Shown here: positions 43,921 through 60,924 of the stretch, one piece after another
Position numbering within the stretch: position 1 is the first letter of the stretch
Layout: every line of letters begins with the position of its first letter
Source: the human T2T-CHM13v2.0 reference genome, Homo sapiens
Assembly (NCBI RefSeq): GCF_009914755.1
Contig: NC_060930.1
Strand: one strand, 5' to 3'
DNA: 64,000 nt
Made by a program: the position numbers and the translations under genes
Notes under the pieces: model-generated
Databases searched by the model: none
Seen by the model: only the letters and a program-made list of their open reading frames with translations
What the model was told of the DNA's origin: nothing

Positions 43921-45327
43921 CTAGAACTTTGAAAATTGTCAGAGAATTAGTATATTTTCTGTTTATTTCTGTCAAAGCGATTGACAGAAATGAACAGGTG
44001 AGAAAAATTAGGATAAAGTAGTAAAAATGAAAAAACATAAAAATAGATGATAAAATTGGGGGGGAAACTGCATACCATGCAGTTGAGAGAGTGGGTAAGT
44101 GTGTGGGCCCACAGTGCTGCTCCCCAGTCCTCAGAAAAGAGAAGCTGTGGCCCAGGGACCACAGCAGCACTGTAAGTGTGATGGCTGTTTTTATAGATCT
44201 GTCAATTAAAGCTCTCAATACAAGCTTCTTGTATTAATGTCAAAGTGCAGATCTAAACTTGAGACCCCTGCTGGTCAGGAACATCCAAACTGGTAGAGGC
44301 CTTAAGTATTAGATGACGATCTGTCAGTCCCGTATATCTATCTTAAAATTTCATGACGTTCTGCAACACAACATGCTGTAATAAATGTCCTAATTTGAGG
44401 AAATTGGGACTGTACAGTGGCTGATTAATCTAAAAAAAAGGAAGAAAAATTGATTATAATAGGAAATCATTTTAAAATAATGCATAAACACCTTATACGT
44501 TTTACTTTAACTTAAAGCATAATTTAAGTAGCAGCCTGATCAGTAAATAGTTTTTTCTTATGCTGACTTCATGGATACCATGGTGTGTTTTCCATCATCC
44601 AAGGCATGTTCTACTTGCTGTAAAACATGACACTGCCAATATTTTACTAAAGGTTCTCATGGGATTTCAGGTTGTCTTTTTTTGCATGTGCGTGCACACA
44701 CACATACATTGTGGCTTCTTTTTTTTCTTAACTTAAAGCTAATTCACATTATGCAATTCAGCTGTGTCAAGTTTTTGTGTACAATTTAAATGGTTACAAC
44801 TGTTTCTGATGAGCAAGACTCTAAAGCCACCTGGAAATGGAAGCTAAGTAGTGTGCACTGCCTCTTAAGATTATTATCTCTAATTTTTTACATTTCCTCT
44901 CTTAATTCAAGTGAAACCTTTTTAGTGACTTGCCTTCAATGAGTCTTTGCAAATTTAACTTAGTTTTCATAGCTAAATTCATATTTGTGAAAGTAAGTGT
45001 AACTCAGACTTCTCCAACAAGTGAATTCTAATTGCAAATAAGACAGTAGAACAGCTAATCAGTTCTACTGTCTTATTTAGTACATATTAACATAGTTACT
45101 GAGAGAGAAGTGTGCTTTAAGAGATTCAAGTATCTAAAATGGTTTAGCCAGAGTAATCTCATCTTTTTCTATTTTATTTTTATTTTAGCAGATTGCCAGG
45201 CTCTAATTCATATAGCACAAGAAAGTAATTTCTATGCTTAACTAGCAAATAATTAACCATGTAATTTTGTTTCTATAGAAGATTGGTAATAAAATTGAAC
45301 TTACATACATTGTTTAAAGAAAAATAA

Positions 45328-45649
<322 letters not shown>

Positions 45650-46190
45650 TAATAATCTGCTCATTTTCTAATGGAAAAAAAAAAAAAAAATGCCTGCGTC
45701 ATAGGTATCCTGCACAGGTATAGTTATATTATTGTTTAACAAATCACTTGAAAAATAAACTTACTGTTTAAAAATATAACTTTTTGAAGACATCAAAGTA
45801 AGTTAACCTTAAATTATGGCCAATTAGTGGCATAATTGAAATCTCACAAAAGAAGGATATGACACAGACCAGAGTGGATCCCAGTGTGTCCCTGGGTTCT
45901 GCAGAAGCACTCTGTGGTGACAGCAGAGGTGGCACCTCCCACCACGGGTAGCTGCCATGGTGGACACAGTGATTTACTGTTGTTAGTCTGTCCAGGTTTC
46001 ATTTCTCTCTGATTCCTTGTCTGAGTTTTGAAAATGACTGTCCCAACTCAATGTGATGTGGTGTACTGATTTATAGTGGAACTACAAACCAGAATAAACA
46101 ACAGTTTCATAATTTTGCCAGGTATATGTTTTTGCTTAAAGTATCTTGATAGGCAAAGGATTTAATTTTATCACAAAATTTATAAAAGGC

Positions 46191-46502
<312 letters not shown>

Positions 46503-46900
46503 GAATTCATAAAAGGCAACTTTTCCCTGAGACAAAAGTGAGACAGCATACTTTTTTTTTAATCATATACGTTTAAAATTTGTATTTTGATGTGGAGATC
46601 AATAGAAGTGGATTTCAGGATTTTGTACAATTTTTTTCTAAGGTTTTAATTAATTTATTGCAAAATGCTGTGAAAGGGCATATGAATCATGTGGTGTGCC
46701 TTTTTCCTTTGAGCTGGCAAAGAGGGCTTTTGACACAGCTCCTGTGTTCTCATTGTGGACTTGGCCCAGTCATTCCTCCCAGACATCATTTGCAGAGAGA
46801 CCCTTTGGTTTGAGGTTAGAATATCTATTGTAAAGTAAAGCCTGGTTAATCAAATTTATGTCATATGAGCCAGCAGTTATGCTAGGTAGTTTTATTTGAT

Positions 46901-47108
46901 GGCGGGTGGATCACCTGAGGTCAGGAGTTCAAGACCAGCCTGGCTAACATGGTGAAACCCTATCTCTACTAAAAATATAAAAGTTAGCCGGGTGTGGGTT
47001 CAAGTGATTCTCCTGCCAGGAGGCGGAGGTTGCAGTGAGCTGAGATTGCACCACTGCACTCCAGCCTGGACGACAGAGTGAGACTCCGTCTCAAAAAAAA
47101 AAAAAAAA
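46901..47108 (+). mobile_element. 5'-truncated AluS with internal inversion/deletion
   Basis: Sense Alu containing antisense segment gggttcaagtgattctcctgcc. Confidence 0.88.
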
Positions 47109-47843
47109 TTTAAATTACGTAAGTCATTTATGTGCACAGTGAGAAAGTCAAAGGATAAAAAAGTATATAAAATGATATAACTTCTCTAGTATCCAAAGAA
47201 TCAACCATTAACAGTTTGGTATTCTCTATGAACTATTTTGCACATATAAAAATGGGCAGAAAACACAATTATGTACATAAATGTATCCAGCTTTTTAAAA
47301 AAATGAAACTGAATCATAGTATATCTGGTCTGTAGCTTGCTTTTTTACCTCTACCTAATTGTATGCGAACTACTTTCTTTGCAGATCTTAAAAAAAAAAA
47401 AGAAAAAGAGTGTTATTCAGATGAATGGATATATCATTATTTAATTATTCAGCCATATATTGATAGATATTTACAACGTTTTGTTTTTAGTGATTTGTTA
47501 GCATCTTCGAATTAAAAAAGAAAAACTGGATTCCAATTTGTAACTAGAAGTATTTTCAGAGGCCATTTATAGAGCGTGGTCCATACAAGAGTCTCCTAGA
47601 TAAGGAAGTTATTACTTTGCTCAACAGATAGGACAAGCAAATCACAACAGGAAAAGGAGTGAACAATGCTAAGATCGAACGAAGCCTGTGTACCAAATAA
47701 TTGAAGAGTCATATGATGTGAAGGAGAAAAGCACTCTTCAGTGGTGTCATGGAAATTGAAGTCTCAAGAACAAAGAATTTTACTCAATGAACATATTTGC
47801 TTATTTTGCATGGGCCCTATGTTTGTTTTAAAATAGGAATAAA

Positions 47844-48115
47844 GGCCAGGCACAGTGGCTCACGCCTGTAATCCCAACACTTTGGGCCGCCAAGGTGGGA
47901 GCATAGCTTGAGGCCAGCCTGGACAGCATAGTAAGACTCTGTCTCTATAAAAAGTAAAAAAATTAGATGTGGGGGTCTGAACCTGTAGTCTGGAAGGCTG
48001 AGGCGGGAGAATTGCTTGAGCCCAAGGGTTTGAGGCTGCACTGAGCTATGATTGCCACTGCACTTCAGCCTGGGCAACAGAGTGAGACTCCAACTCTAAA
48101 AAATAATAATAATAA
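47844..48115 (+). mobile_element. AluJ with internal deletions
   Basis: Alu head and tail recognisable. Confidence 0.88.
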
Positions 48116-49028
48116 GATGAAAATGAAGAAATAAAATGAAAACATTTGAAATAATAGTCGAATGACACAACTTTAATGTCATAAGGATTTCTTTCTTATA
48201 CAGTGTAGTGTTTGGGGGGCAGGTAAGGGATGGGTGTTATTTATTTCCTTTTGTAAAATTTCAAATAAAAGCCATAAGGAAATACTTTATGAAGTGGAGT
48301 AGCATGTGTGTATCTTGAAAAACTGAATAACCAGCCATTGTATATAGCAAGGTCATTAGCTGTTCTTGTCTTTTGTTTTAATAATTGTATGTGTAGAGTG
48401 CATCGTGTCACCCAGGGCAAAGGCAGGGAGCCATGACTTAGGCCAGTTCATTGTTAACCATGGTTTATTGTCAACTGTAGTGTATGAGGGTGCTCTTAGT
48501 GAATTCAAACCTACAAAGGCAAAGTTGGTGACTAATTTTTAAAGTATTTTTCTCTTAGCAGTGACATTTTTCACTAAGACAAAATTTAAAATAGACTGGG
48601 CAGTCTGAGTGGCAGGGGCTTTCAAATGACGTTTCATACCTAGTGTCATAAACATGGAATCCCTCAATTAAGGAGAATGAATTGTGAATAGGGACGGGCT
48701 ACTTTGGTACATGCCACCTGTTTGCTTACTGCTGTATTTGAAGACAGAAGTTTTATCATGTCTTTGCTAGCATCAGATATGGCTGTTATATCTTACAATA
48801 ACTTTGTGTTGTTATTGTCATTCATTTTACTTATGGAGAGCCACCTAATGTTACCTCTAGTGGCTAGCATGCTTTCCTCTGAGATGTAAGGAAGCCACAC
48901 CAGAGCTGGTCTTTTCTGCTTTGCTCACTTCTTTTTTCTTAGTGCCTGGAATGTGGCAGGCACTTAGTAAATAATGGTAAATGTTATGAAGTATATTAGT
49001 CCATTTTCACGCTGTTAAATGAATGAAA

Positions 49029-49400
49029 TGTATTAGTTCATTTTCATGCTGCTGAAAACGAAAGACATACCCTAGACTGGGCAGTTTACAAAAGAAAGGT
49101 TTAATGGACTTACAATTCCACATGGCTAGGGAGGCCTCACAATCACAGCAGAAGGCAAGGAGGAGCAAGTCATGTCTTACATGGATGGCAGCAAGCAAAG
49201 AGAGAGAGCTTGTGCAGGGGAACTAATCTTTTTAAAACCATCAGATCTCATGAGACTTATTCACTATCACGACAACAGCATGGGAAAGAACTGCCCCCAT
49301 GATTCTGCCCCCATGATTCTGTTACCTCCCACTAGGTCCCTCCCACAACACGTGGGAATTCAAGATGAGATTTGGGTGGAGACACAGCCAAACCACATCA
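49029..49400 (-). mobile_element. THE1 solo LTR
   Basis: tgtattagttcattttcatgctgctga...gagatttgggtggagacacagccaaaccacatca. Confidence 0.92.
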
Positions 49401-49419
49401 TGAAGTAACAGAATATTTG

Positions 49420-50028
<609 letters not shown>

Positions 50029-51484
50029 TCAACAACAAGTGAGTTACTTCCAAGATACAGTGGGGGTACATTTATTGGGTAAATGCTCTTGATCCAAATG
50101 GGAAAAATTGGCCAAAACAAAGGGGCTACAGGCCCCATGCAAGACTGAAACCCAGCAGAACAGCCATTAAATCTTAAAGCTCCAAAATAATCTCCTTTGA
50201 CTCCATGTCTCATATCCAGGGCATGCTGATGCAAGAGGTGGGCTCCCAAGGCTTTGGGCAGGTCTGCCCCTGTGGCTCTGTAGGGTACAGCCCCCATGGC
50301 TGCTTTCATGGACTGGTGTTGAGTGTCTGTGGCTTTTTCAGGTACATGGTACAAGCTGTCGGTGGACCTACCATTCTGGGGTCTAGAGGATGGTGGCCCT
50401 CTTCTCACAGCTTCACCAGGCAGTGCCCCAGTGGGGACTCTGTGTGGGCTCCAACCCCACATTTCCCCTCACATTGCCTTAGTAAAGGTTCTCCATAAGG
50501 GCTCCACTCCTGCAGCAGACTTCTCCCTGGACATCCAGGCATTTCCATACATCCTCTGAAATCTAGGCAGAGGTTTCCAGACCTCAACTATTGCCTTCTG
50601 TGCACCCATAGGCCCAACATCATATAGAAGCTACTGAGGCTTTGGGCTTGTTCCCTCTGAAGCAACAGCCTGAGCTGTACCTTGGCCCCTTTTAGCTACA
50701 ACTGGAGCTAGAGCGGCTGGGACACAGGGTGCCATGTCGTAAGGCTGCACAGAGCAGCAGGGACCCTGGGCCCAGCCCACTAATTCATTTTTTCTTCCTA
50801 GGCCTCCAGAGCTGTGATAGGACGGGCTGCAGGGAAAATATCTGAAATGACCTGGAGACATTTTCCCCATCGTCTTGGCGATTAACATTCAGCTCCTCTT
50901 TACTTATGCAAATTTCTATAGCTGGCAGCTTGAATTTCTCCCCAGAAAATGGGTTTTTCCTTTCTACCACATGGCCAGACTGCAATTTTTCCAAACTTTT
51001 ATGCTCTGCTTCCCTTTTAAACATAAGTTCCATTTTCAGACCATCTTTTTATGAACACATATGACTTCATGCTGTTAGGAGCAGCCAGGCTACATCTTGA
51101 CTGCTTTGCTGCTTAGAAATTTCTTCTGGCAGATACCCTAATCATCTCTCTCAAGTTCAAAGTTCCACAGTTCCCTAGAGCAGAGGCACAATGCCTCCAG
51201 TCTCTTTGCTAAAGCATAGCAAGAGTTACCTTTGCTCCATTTCCCAGTAAGTTCTTCATCTCCATCTGAGACAACCTCAGCCTGGATTTTATTGTCGGTA
51301 TCACTATCAGCATTTTGGTTAAAACTGTTGAGCAAGTCTCTAGGAAGTTCCAAACTTTCCCACAATCCTCCTGTCTTCTGAGCCCTCCAAACTGTTCTAA
51401 CCTTTGCCTATTACCCAGTTTCGAAGTCGCTTCCACATTTTCAGGTATCTTCATAGCAATGCCCCACTCCTGGTACCGATTTTC
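50029..51484 (-). mobile_element. MST/THE1-type MaLR internal sequence, truncated at left
   Basis: aaaggggctacaggccccatgcaag...gtcgcttccacattttcaggtatc...ggtaccgattttc. Confidence 0.92.
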
Positions 51485-52748
<1,264 letters not shown>

Positions 52749-53004
52749 TCACTGTTTCTGTTGTGGAAGCCAAGAGTGGGAACATGTGGAAACAACGAGT
52801 GTCTACCACAGACCTAAATTTATGCAGTTCTAGTTGAGCCTGTTTTTCTTTGATTTTTTTTTTTCCGTTGCCTCAAAGTTTAGAAGTCTGTCATTTTTCA
52901 AAGATGTACTACAATTCTGTTTTATGCTGGATTTTGCTATGGTTTGGTATTTTTATACGTTGCACAGTCCTCCTAGAGTTAATATGAAATACGATGTCGA
53001 GTGA

Positions 53005-53245
53005 GTTAGTGTAATGCTAAGGGCCATGAGCTCTTGACCCAGATTGCCTGGCTCCACCATTTAACAGCTGTGATTATGAAATTTTCCTGTGCCTCAGTTT
53101 TCTCAGTGCTAAAAGTAGGGAAAATAGTTCCTGCTATTTTGAATAATCTTCGTAGTTCAATGAGAAAATATATGCAATAATGTTAGTAGAGAACCAAGCA
53201 GAGTGTTTGTACCTAGTAAATATTAGCTGCCATTATTATTATTGT
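53005..53245 (+). mobile_element. MIR
   Basis: ctgtgcctcagttttctcag...taaatattagctgccattattatt. Confidence 0.7.
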
Positions 53246-54479
53246 TGTTCTTTGTATTTCCTCTCCCCAACCTCTATTCTCTCATGTCGAGGGCAGAACC
53301 CAGGTTGGCTCTTCTTTTTTGTCCTGCTCTCTTTGTCAGCTTGTCACTTGCATTCTCTCGGCTAGTATCACCCTTGCGTAAAAGCAATTCAGTCAGGCAA
53401 TGAAGAAATATTTACACAGAGCTTAAACTGTGCGTGTTTTCTTTGAGGCAGTGGTCCATTTTATCAAATCAAATAAGTAACATAATCAACTTTTGGTTTC
53501 CTTACCTCAGGTGCAGTACTTTAAGAAGGTAGTGTGGAGGAAATAATATATATACAAGGAATTAATTAGTATGAAGTTGATCCTCAGAAAATATACCAAA
53601 TGGACAGAATTTAATGTAGCATTCTCTAATTTTTATGTAATTACATATATGAAAGCATATAAATAATATATATTTTTAAAGTGTAAAATGCATAAAAAGA
53701 AGGTAAAACTCCATCATAACCCCACTTCCTAGAAATAACCAGTGTTTACAAATTGATGTCTCTTAGGCTGCTTTCTATACAGATACATACACATTGTAAT
53801 ATAACTTAAGATATTTCATTTAAATAGTCACAAGGAGGAAAGGTTTAACTTCCCTAAAGAAATGTATGTACTTTCCCCCCAAGTTCTGGCACTCGGAATC
53901 CCGAGAAATCGGTGGAGGCTATTCTGTGTAATCTGATGAGAGTGCAGCTGGAAGAGGCGGGCTGCGTGGTTTTACATGACATTAACTAGGGATGTGGGGA
54001 AGTGGATCATGATGAGATTGAATAGCTCATGCAGTTATGGAAGGTGAGAAGGTTTGCTCAGCGGGAGAGAGATTTTCAATAGTAAGGTGAATTTTAGGCA
54101 GAAACAGACAACCAGGTAGTGAGCAACCAGAGGGAATCCATGGGAAATGGCCCTGGAAGACCACCACCAGCAAGTGTCTGTCCATCTGACAGCAGTTTAT
54201 GGAAACTCCCTTGAGTGAGGGGCAAGGGTCAGTCCTGGCCAGGGTCACAGGTACCTGCTGGAATCTGGGATGGAAGCATGTGGTCACTTGTGCTGTTACT
54301 CTGACTTGTCTAGTTCTCCCCTATCCAGGCACAGGATACCATCACACTTCTCCTTTCCTGTCAGGTTAGATGTTTTTAGCTAATTGGCCTTGTCCAATAG
54401 AGTATGCGTGGAGACCTTGTAAATCTCTGCCTGAGTGTCCATTCTCCCTCTTCCTGGTACTGCAGAAGAGGTACTAGAG

Positions 54480-54707
54480 CAAGTCTGTCCAACTTGTGGG
54501 CCTCATGCAGCCCAACACAAATTCGTAAACTTTCTTAAAACATTGAGTTTTTTTTGCAATTTTTTTTTTTTAGGTCATCAGCTATTGTTAGGTGTTTTGT
54601 TTGTTTGTTTGTTTGTTTTTTGTCATCAGCTATTGTTTTTGATGTGTGGCCCAAGACAATTCTTCTTCCAGTGTGGCCCAGGGAAACCAAAAGATTGGAC
54701 ACCCCTG
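54480..54707 (-). mobile_element. MER30 (hAT-Charlie non-autonomous)
   Basis: cccaacacaaattcgtaaactttcttaaaacatt...aagattggacacccctg; 8-bp TSD tactagag/tactaaag. Confidence 0.92.
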
Positions 54708-54882
54708 TACTAAAGGCTCTCCCACTCATGTGCCTGAGTGAAGATAGTGTAGAACAGAGCCTCAGCCGGCCCACGTGGCCGTGAAGCATGATTAAAAAAT
54801 AAGCCTTGGCTATTTTAAGCCAGTGAGATCTGGGGCATTGTTTGTCATTGCAGCAAAACATAGCCTCTTCGTGATTGATAGT
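54708..54882 (+). mobile_element. MLT1J/K-type LTR 3' part (probable host of MER30)
   Basis: ttttaagccagtgagatctggggcattgtttgtcattgcagcaaaacatagcct. Confidence 0.6.
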
Positions 54883-56429
54883 GGTGTCATCCTTTAGCCT
54901 CAACCCTGCAAAACCAATTTACCTGTTCCTGGGGCTGGTATGAGTTACAGGTGAGCTGGGCCAAGGTGAAATTCTGATGTAGCTTCTGTAGATTGGCAAT
55001 CTTAAGCTCCTACCTAATTGAAAATAGTAGGTTTATTTTGGTATATAAAATATATTAATGGCCTCCTATTTTTTCATATATTATGGAAATTTGAAAGTAA
55101 AAAGGCTGAAAACAGGATAGATACAGATGTTTTGTAAGGCAGTGAGGACAGCACCATAAAACAATAGGTCTGTGCTGGGCCTTTCTCCCATAGACACTAG
55201 CAGTGCAGGGCTGATGCCTCAGGTACCTGGTGCCCCCAGCATACCAGCCATAGGCCTTTTGCCTCTTTCAGCGGGTACTGTGGCTGATACTTTTGGAACC
55301 CACAGTCATTAGTCTATCTGTGTACTATAAATCCCCTAGTACATACAAGGTGTGGGAAGAGATTTAGCAGTTCTCCAAACCAAGCTACCAACCAGAGCAA
55401 GCAGGCTCCTGTTGGCTAGTTCACAATGTCCCCCCTTTCCCCCTCCTCCTCACCCACCCACTGTGATCTCTGGAGTAAGCTCCAGCCCTCACCCAGTTCA
55501 CTACCCTTAAGGAGTGAGCCCTATGAGGAAGGAGCATGGGCACTTACTCTGTCCACTGGGGTTTTGAAGGCCTCCACCTCACGATGAAGTCAGAGGATGC
55601 TTCTGTTTAGCACTGGCCTGCATTGCTGCAAATGCCAGCCTTTCCCTTCTTACTAATTTTTAAAAAAGACTTTCTGAGGTGGAGGAGGTGGTCATAGGAG
55701 ACAGCAGCTTAGTATAATTAGTTAAGGTGGAAAGGCAATTTGTACAAAATTCAATTGTTCTTCTGTAAGAACCACCACTATAGATTCAATAAAACTGTTT
55801 TCCATCAATAGAATTTTCTTATCTTTAAATGCCTTGACAAAATTACAAAACCAATGTGACCTCTCAGTGTACTGGTATTTGCTTTGTTTTGGTAAAATGA
55901 CTTTGCCACTCCCTAAGTGACAAGCCAGTGTATTAGTCTGAGGTGCGGGTTATTTTTCTCTTAGAGTTGTCAGACATTTTCTGAGGGAGAAAGAGCCTGG
56001 ATTTGTGTGTGTATGTGTGTGAACGTTGTGTGGATACAGGTGTATGCAACTGCCAGTAACTTCCTTTTACAGGGATTGATGTTTTCACTTATAAAATAGA
56101 TGCTTTTCTCTGCCTCAGTTTTGCAGCTATATAGATTAAATCCTAATGTAGTGAGGAGTCTGAAGATTGGTAGTTTATTTTAGGACTTTTGAAGTAATAG
56201 AAAAAAGGGCAGAGGCAAGAAGTGTTGTTTCTAGGCAGTGAATGACCTTATGGGCTTATCTTGCTAACCCTTGGCAGTTTTCATCTCACTTGTTTTTACA
56301 GATGCTGAACAGCTAATCCAGTGACCTGAGGAAGGAAGCACTTGCCATTCATCCTCAGCTGAGTTCTGTTTCAGCATTTTACATGATGTTACAGCCAATG
56401 ATTTGGACTTTTAGTTCTCCTTTAGTTCA

Positions 56430-56572
56430 TTGCCTTGAAAACTTCAATGTGTATGTGAAATACCTGTTCACATGCAGGTCCTGATTCACTGGAACTGGAG
56501 TAGAGCCTGAAGTTCTGCATTTTAACAAGCTCGCAGGTGCTGCTGCTAGTCCAAGGACCACACTTGAGTTAG
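56430..56572. mobile_element. MER5A relic
   Basis: ctgcattttaacaagctcgcaggtgctgctgctagtccaaggaccacacttgagt. Confidence 0.7.
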
Positions 56573-58070
56573 AATCAGTGAAGTGTACTTACTGGTGGTG
56601 GTAAATGCTGGCCTCAGACCATACTGCCTGAGAGCATATTTCAAGTCCAGCTGCTGGGAGATCAGGCACTTCATATATGTGTACCTTTACGTAAAAAATA
56701 ATCATACATAACGCTTATTGAATCTGTGTGCCAGACAGTTTTTGTTTTATTTCTCACAACCTCTCTATTTGTGGGTGAGACTTGCTCAAAGTCCCAAGTT
56801 AGTAGTTCCGCAGCCAGAATTCATACACATTTGTCTGACATCAGACCCCATCCTTGGAACTCTTACACTGTACTCAAAGTTCTTTAGCATTCATGTGGAT
56901 TTTGACGAAAGAACACTCTAAAAGAGCTTGAGAACTTTACTTCTCTCTGCCTCCAACTTCCCAGTCACCCATGACACTCAGGTAATTCTAACTTAGCTGT
57001 TGAGATCCCAGTGTTCAGGCAAGAGAAGGTGCTAGCTACCATTGTAGGCTGTTGTCTAATTGTCTGTTTTGCCTCAGAATTGCATAACACAAATCACATT
57101 TAACCAGATAAAGTGTTTACTAATAAACTTGGAATTAACTGTGTGATCAGTTTATTGAGATTTACCATTTTGATAAAGTTTACCAAATTGAAAAAACATT
57201 TTCTGTAAATTGTTTAAAAATTTACTGAAGTGCATTATTGTAAAGGTATTTTTATACATTGGCATGATTTATAGGCTTTTCTTGAATAAGTACCTGTCGG
57301 TTAAAAAAAGTTGAACAGGCACCCCAATAAATGCCATATTTATATGTTATATACTACTGTGCCAATAAAAGTATATACATTACAGTCAACCCAAAAGAAA
57401 TTGTGAAAGCATGAGATGTCAGTGAAGTACAGTATTTTTAATGTCTTGTCAATCAGATGGATTCATTCTATTATACAGTAACATCTCAAGGTGTAGTGTG
57501 TGTGTGTAGATCCGTATCTAAAATGGTCATCTTGGTCATTTCTTTCTTGATAATTTTATTTTTTTGGCCAATGTCTTGTCAGATCTGATCAGATCATCTT
57601 TGCATTTACTCCATATATGGCTGGTGAAGAATCCATTCTGGGAGTAGAAAAAATGTCACCTCTGCCATTTTCTTGTTTTTGCTTATGCTTAATTTGTTTT
57701 ATTTTCACTCTTTGGTTTTTTGGCAGTGATGTTTTAAAACTACTTGTTCATTTCCTGCAGTTAGTTGAGCTAGATTCACAACTCAGACGCACACCTACCT
57801 GGGTGGATGTGTGCAACAGAGCTCAGTAAGCTAGCCGAGGTGTGTGTTATAGATGGTGCCTGGCCCCTGTGTACCTGCCTGAGGTAGGGAAACCAAACAT
57901 TATACAGTACAATGTACTGTATAATGTGAAAGAATGATATTTCAGTTCTTAGCAGAGAACCGTTGATACAGGTGTTCTAGGCTATGTACTCAAGTAAGGA
58001 AGCAGAAAATAGCTTTTCTGGATTAAGAAGATAAAACCTGCAGGTATTTCCAGGTTGGCCGCCTTTTATG

Positions 58071-58407
<337 letters not shown>

Positions 58408-58959
58408 AGCCCTCTTTTATGAAGCTGTTTTTCCCTGGCAACTAACAAGAACTGTATAAAACATAGTGCATATGTGTGCACGCAGTTTGCTTTTATCTGT
58501 GGAACATATTGTGTGTCAGAAGTGTGAAGTGACCCACAACTCAAGAAGTAAAATGTGAATGTTAGACAATAGTTAGTGATGAAAAATGGAGTTGTGCCGA
58601 GCCTCTTTCATCTGGAAGCACTGCAGAAAACCCGTGCAGAGTCAAGCTGTGGGCCCAGGGTGTGGTCAAGCCGTTCTAAGCATGTGGCAGGTAGAGTCAG
58701 CTCTGGACATGAAGGAGCTCATCTCCGTCTGTAGTGCATCTGAGCACTGGCTCTGCATTCATTTCCTCTCAGGTGCTAGTGTTGTGACTAGCTCTGTACT
58801 TTTGGAATTGCTCTCTAGTAGATGGATACAACACCTCCTCACTTTTTTTTTTTCATTTTAAAAAATATATAGGACTTCTTTATAATTTTGAGTGATCATT
58901 GGTTTTTGTAAGAGTGTTTCCATCTGTATCTCAATATGGTTGAAAATTAAACAGTCAAA

Positions 58960-59135
58960 ACCAGTGTGGTATTCTAGACTGATGTTTTGGATTCTGAATG
59001 TTGGCACTAGCTCTACAAATAAGTGCTGGAAAGGTCTTAGACAAAACTTCGGTGTATATTTTTCTGTATGCAAAATGCCTCCTGATTTATGAGAAAGTTG
59101 TGAAGGTTTCCATGGATATTATGAGGACAAGTTAA
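58960..59135 (+). mobile_element. MIR relic
   Basis: ttttctgtatgcaaaatg...gttgtgaagg. Confidence 0.45.
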
Positions 59136-60244
59136 ATAAAATTCTTTTGAGCTGCTTTGAGCTTCTCAGAAGTCTAAAAGAAAACCAAAAAACAAAACAT
59201 TGCCTAAACCTAGCTCTTCCTTTACTCACCATAGGGAGCTTTTCCTGTCCTGGCATCCCATGCCCCCACACCCTACTCCCACCCCTTCCCCACCCCTCAG
59301 TTACCCTTCAGCTTTGTCATATTCCCAGTGTGGCAACACTGGACTGCAACTTTCAGTATCTCCAGTGCCTGGCACAAGGTTAATGCTCAGCTGTTATCTG
59401 AATTAGAGTTTAGAGAGGATGTGGATGGAGTCACAGATTGGTTTTTCTTTTAATTCAATTGGGAGATAGTGTTGACTGTCATTACTGTTACAAAATTATT
59501 TGTATGAATTGAGGGAAGTGCAGACTGTCTGAGAAAACAAATGAAGACTGGTGTTCTGAATAGAGAATCATACTCAAAATTAACTGGACTTTCTCACTTC
59601 CCAATTAAAGGGGGTAAGATGCCAGCATTTTAGACATTATTGTTGGAATATCTTTGATAACTCAAAAACATTGTACATTTTGTTGTAGATCAGTTTTTTA
59701 AAGACATGTTTATTTGGAAGATAATGCCATATTAAAGGTCTGAACTAAGCTGTTAGCTTTCAAGCCTTAAGTTTAGAAAGTATACAGTGTACATTTTGAA
59801 ATGGCAGTTGATTTTGTAAAAGGTCTTCAGGTTATTTTTGTAGCTATATCCAAAAATAAATGATGACTATTGGAGTTATTAGAAAGCAAATTATCTCTGT
59901 GCCAGAATGCTGGCTTTGGGAGTTTTTTTTTTTTTTTTTTTGACAACTTATGTTGGGAGAATAACAACCGATAACAGCACACAATAAACATCTCGATGAT
60001 TTGTTTTGTGTTTACTTAAAACAAGTTTATATATTTATAGTCTTGTTCTCAAGTGGCTGACATGAACAGTAAAAGTGATACTGGAAAACTTGTGGGAATG
60101 AATATCCAGCAATTGCCGGAACGCTGATGGTTAACTGGAAATTTAAGTCATTAAAAATCTTCCCAGTGGTTTGCTATGCGCTACTTGAGCTAGACCAGCT
60201 TTCTGCAGCCCACCTCATCCACTGAGCTCCCGAGCTCTGCTTGA

Positions 60245-60722
<478 letters not shown>

Positions 60723-60924
60723 CCTGGGACATTTCTAATTAGCCCTGCTTAACTAGTATTTTAATTTGGGCGTCTCATTGCTCAGGTATGTTCCTTTTGC
60801 CTTAGTCACCTAGATATCTTGTAGTCAGTCAGCTAGTTCAGGTTTCTAGCTAAAACAACAACAACTCTTCTCATTAGAATTCACTTGTGTGCGTGTGTGG
60901 CGTCTTTACATGTAAACTTAGGAA

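Noticed and set aside
47500-47810. Purine-rich, coding-looking stretch after ttttcag
   Set aside because: Stops in all three + frames soon after the AG; no protein or repeat family recognised
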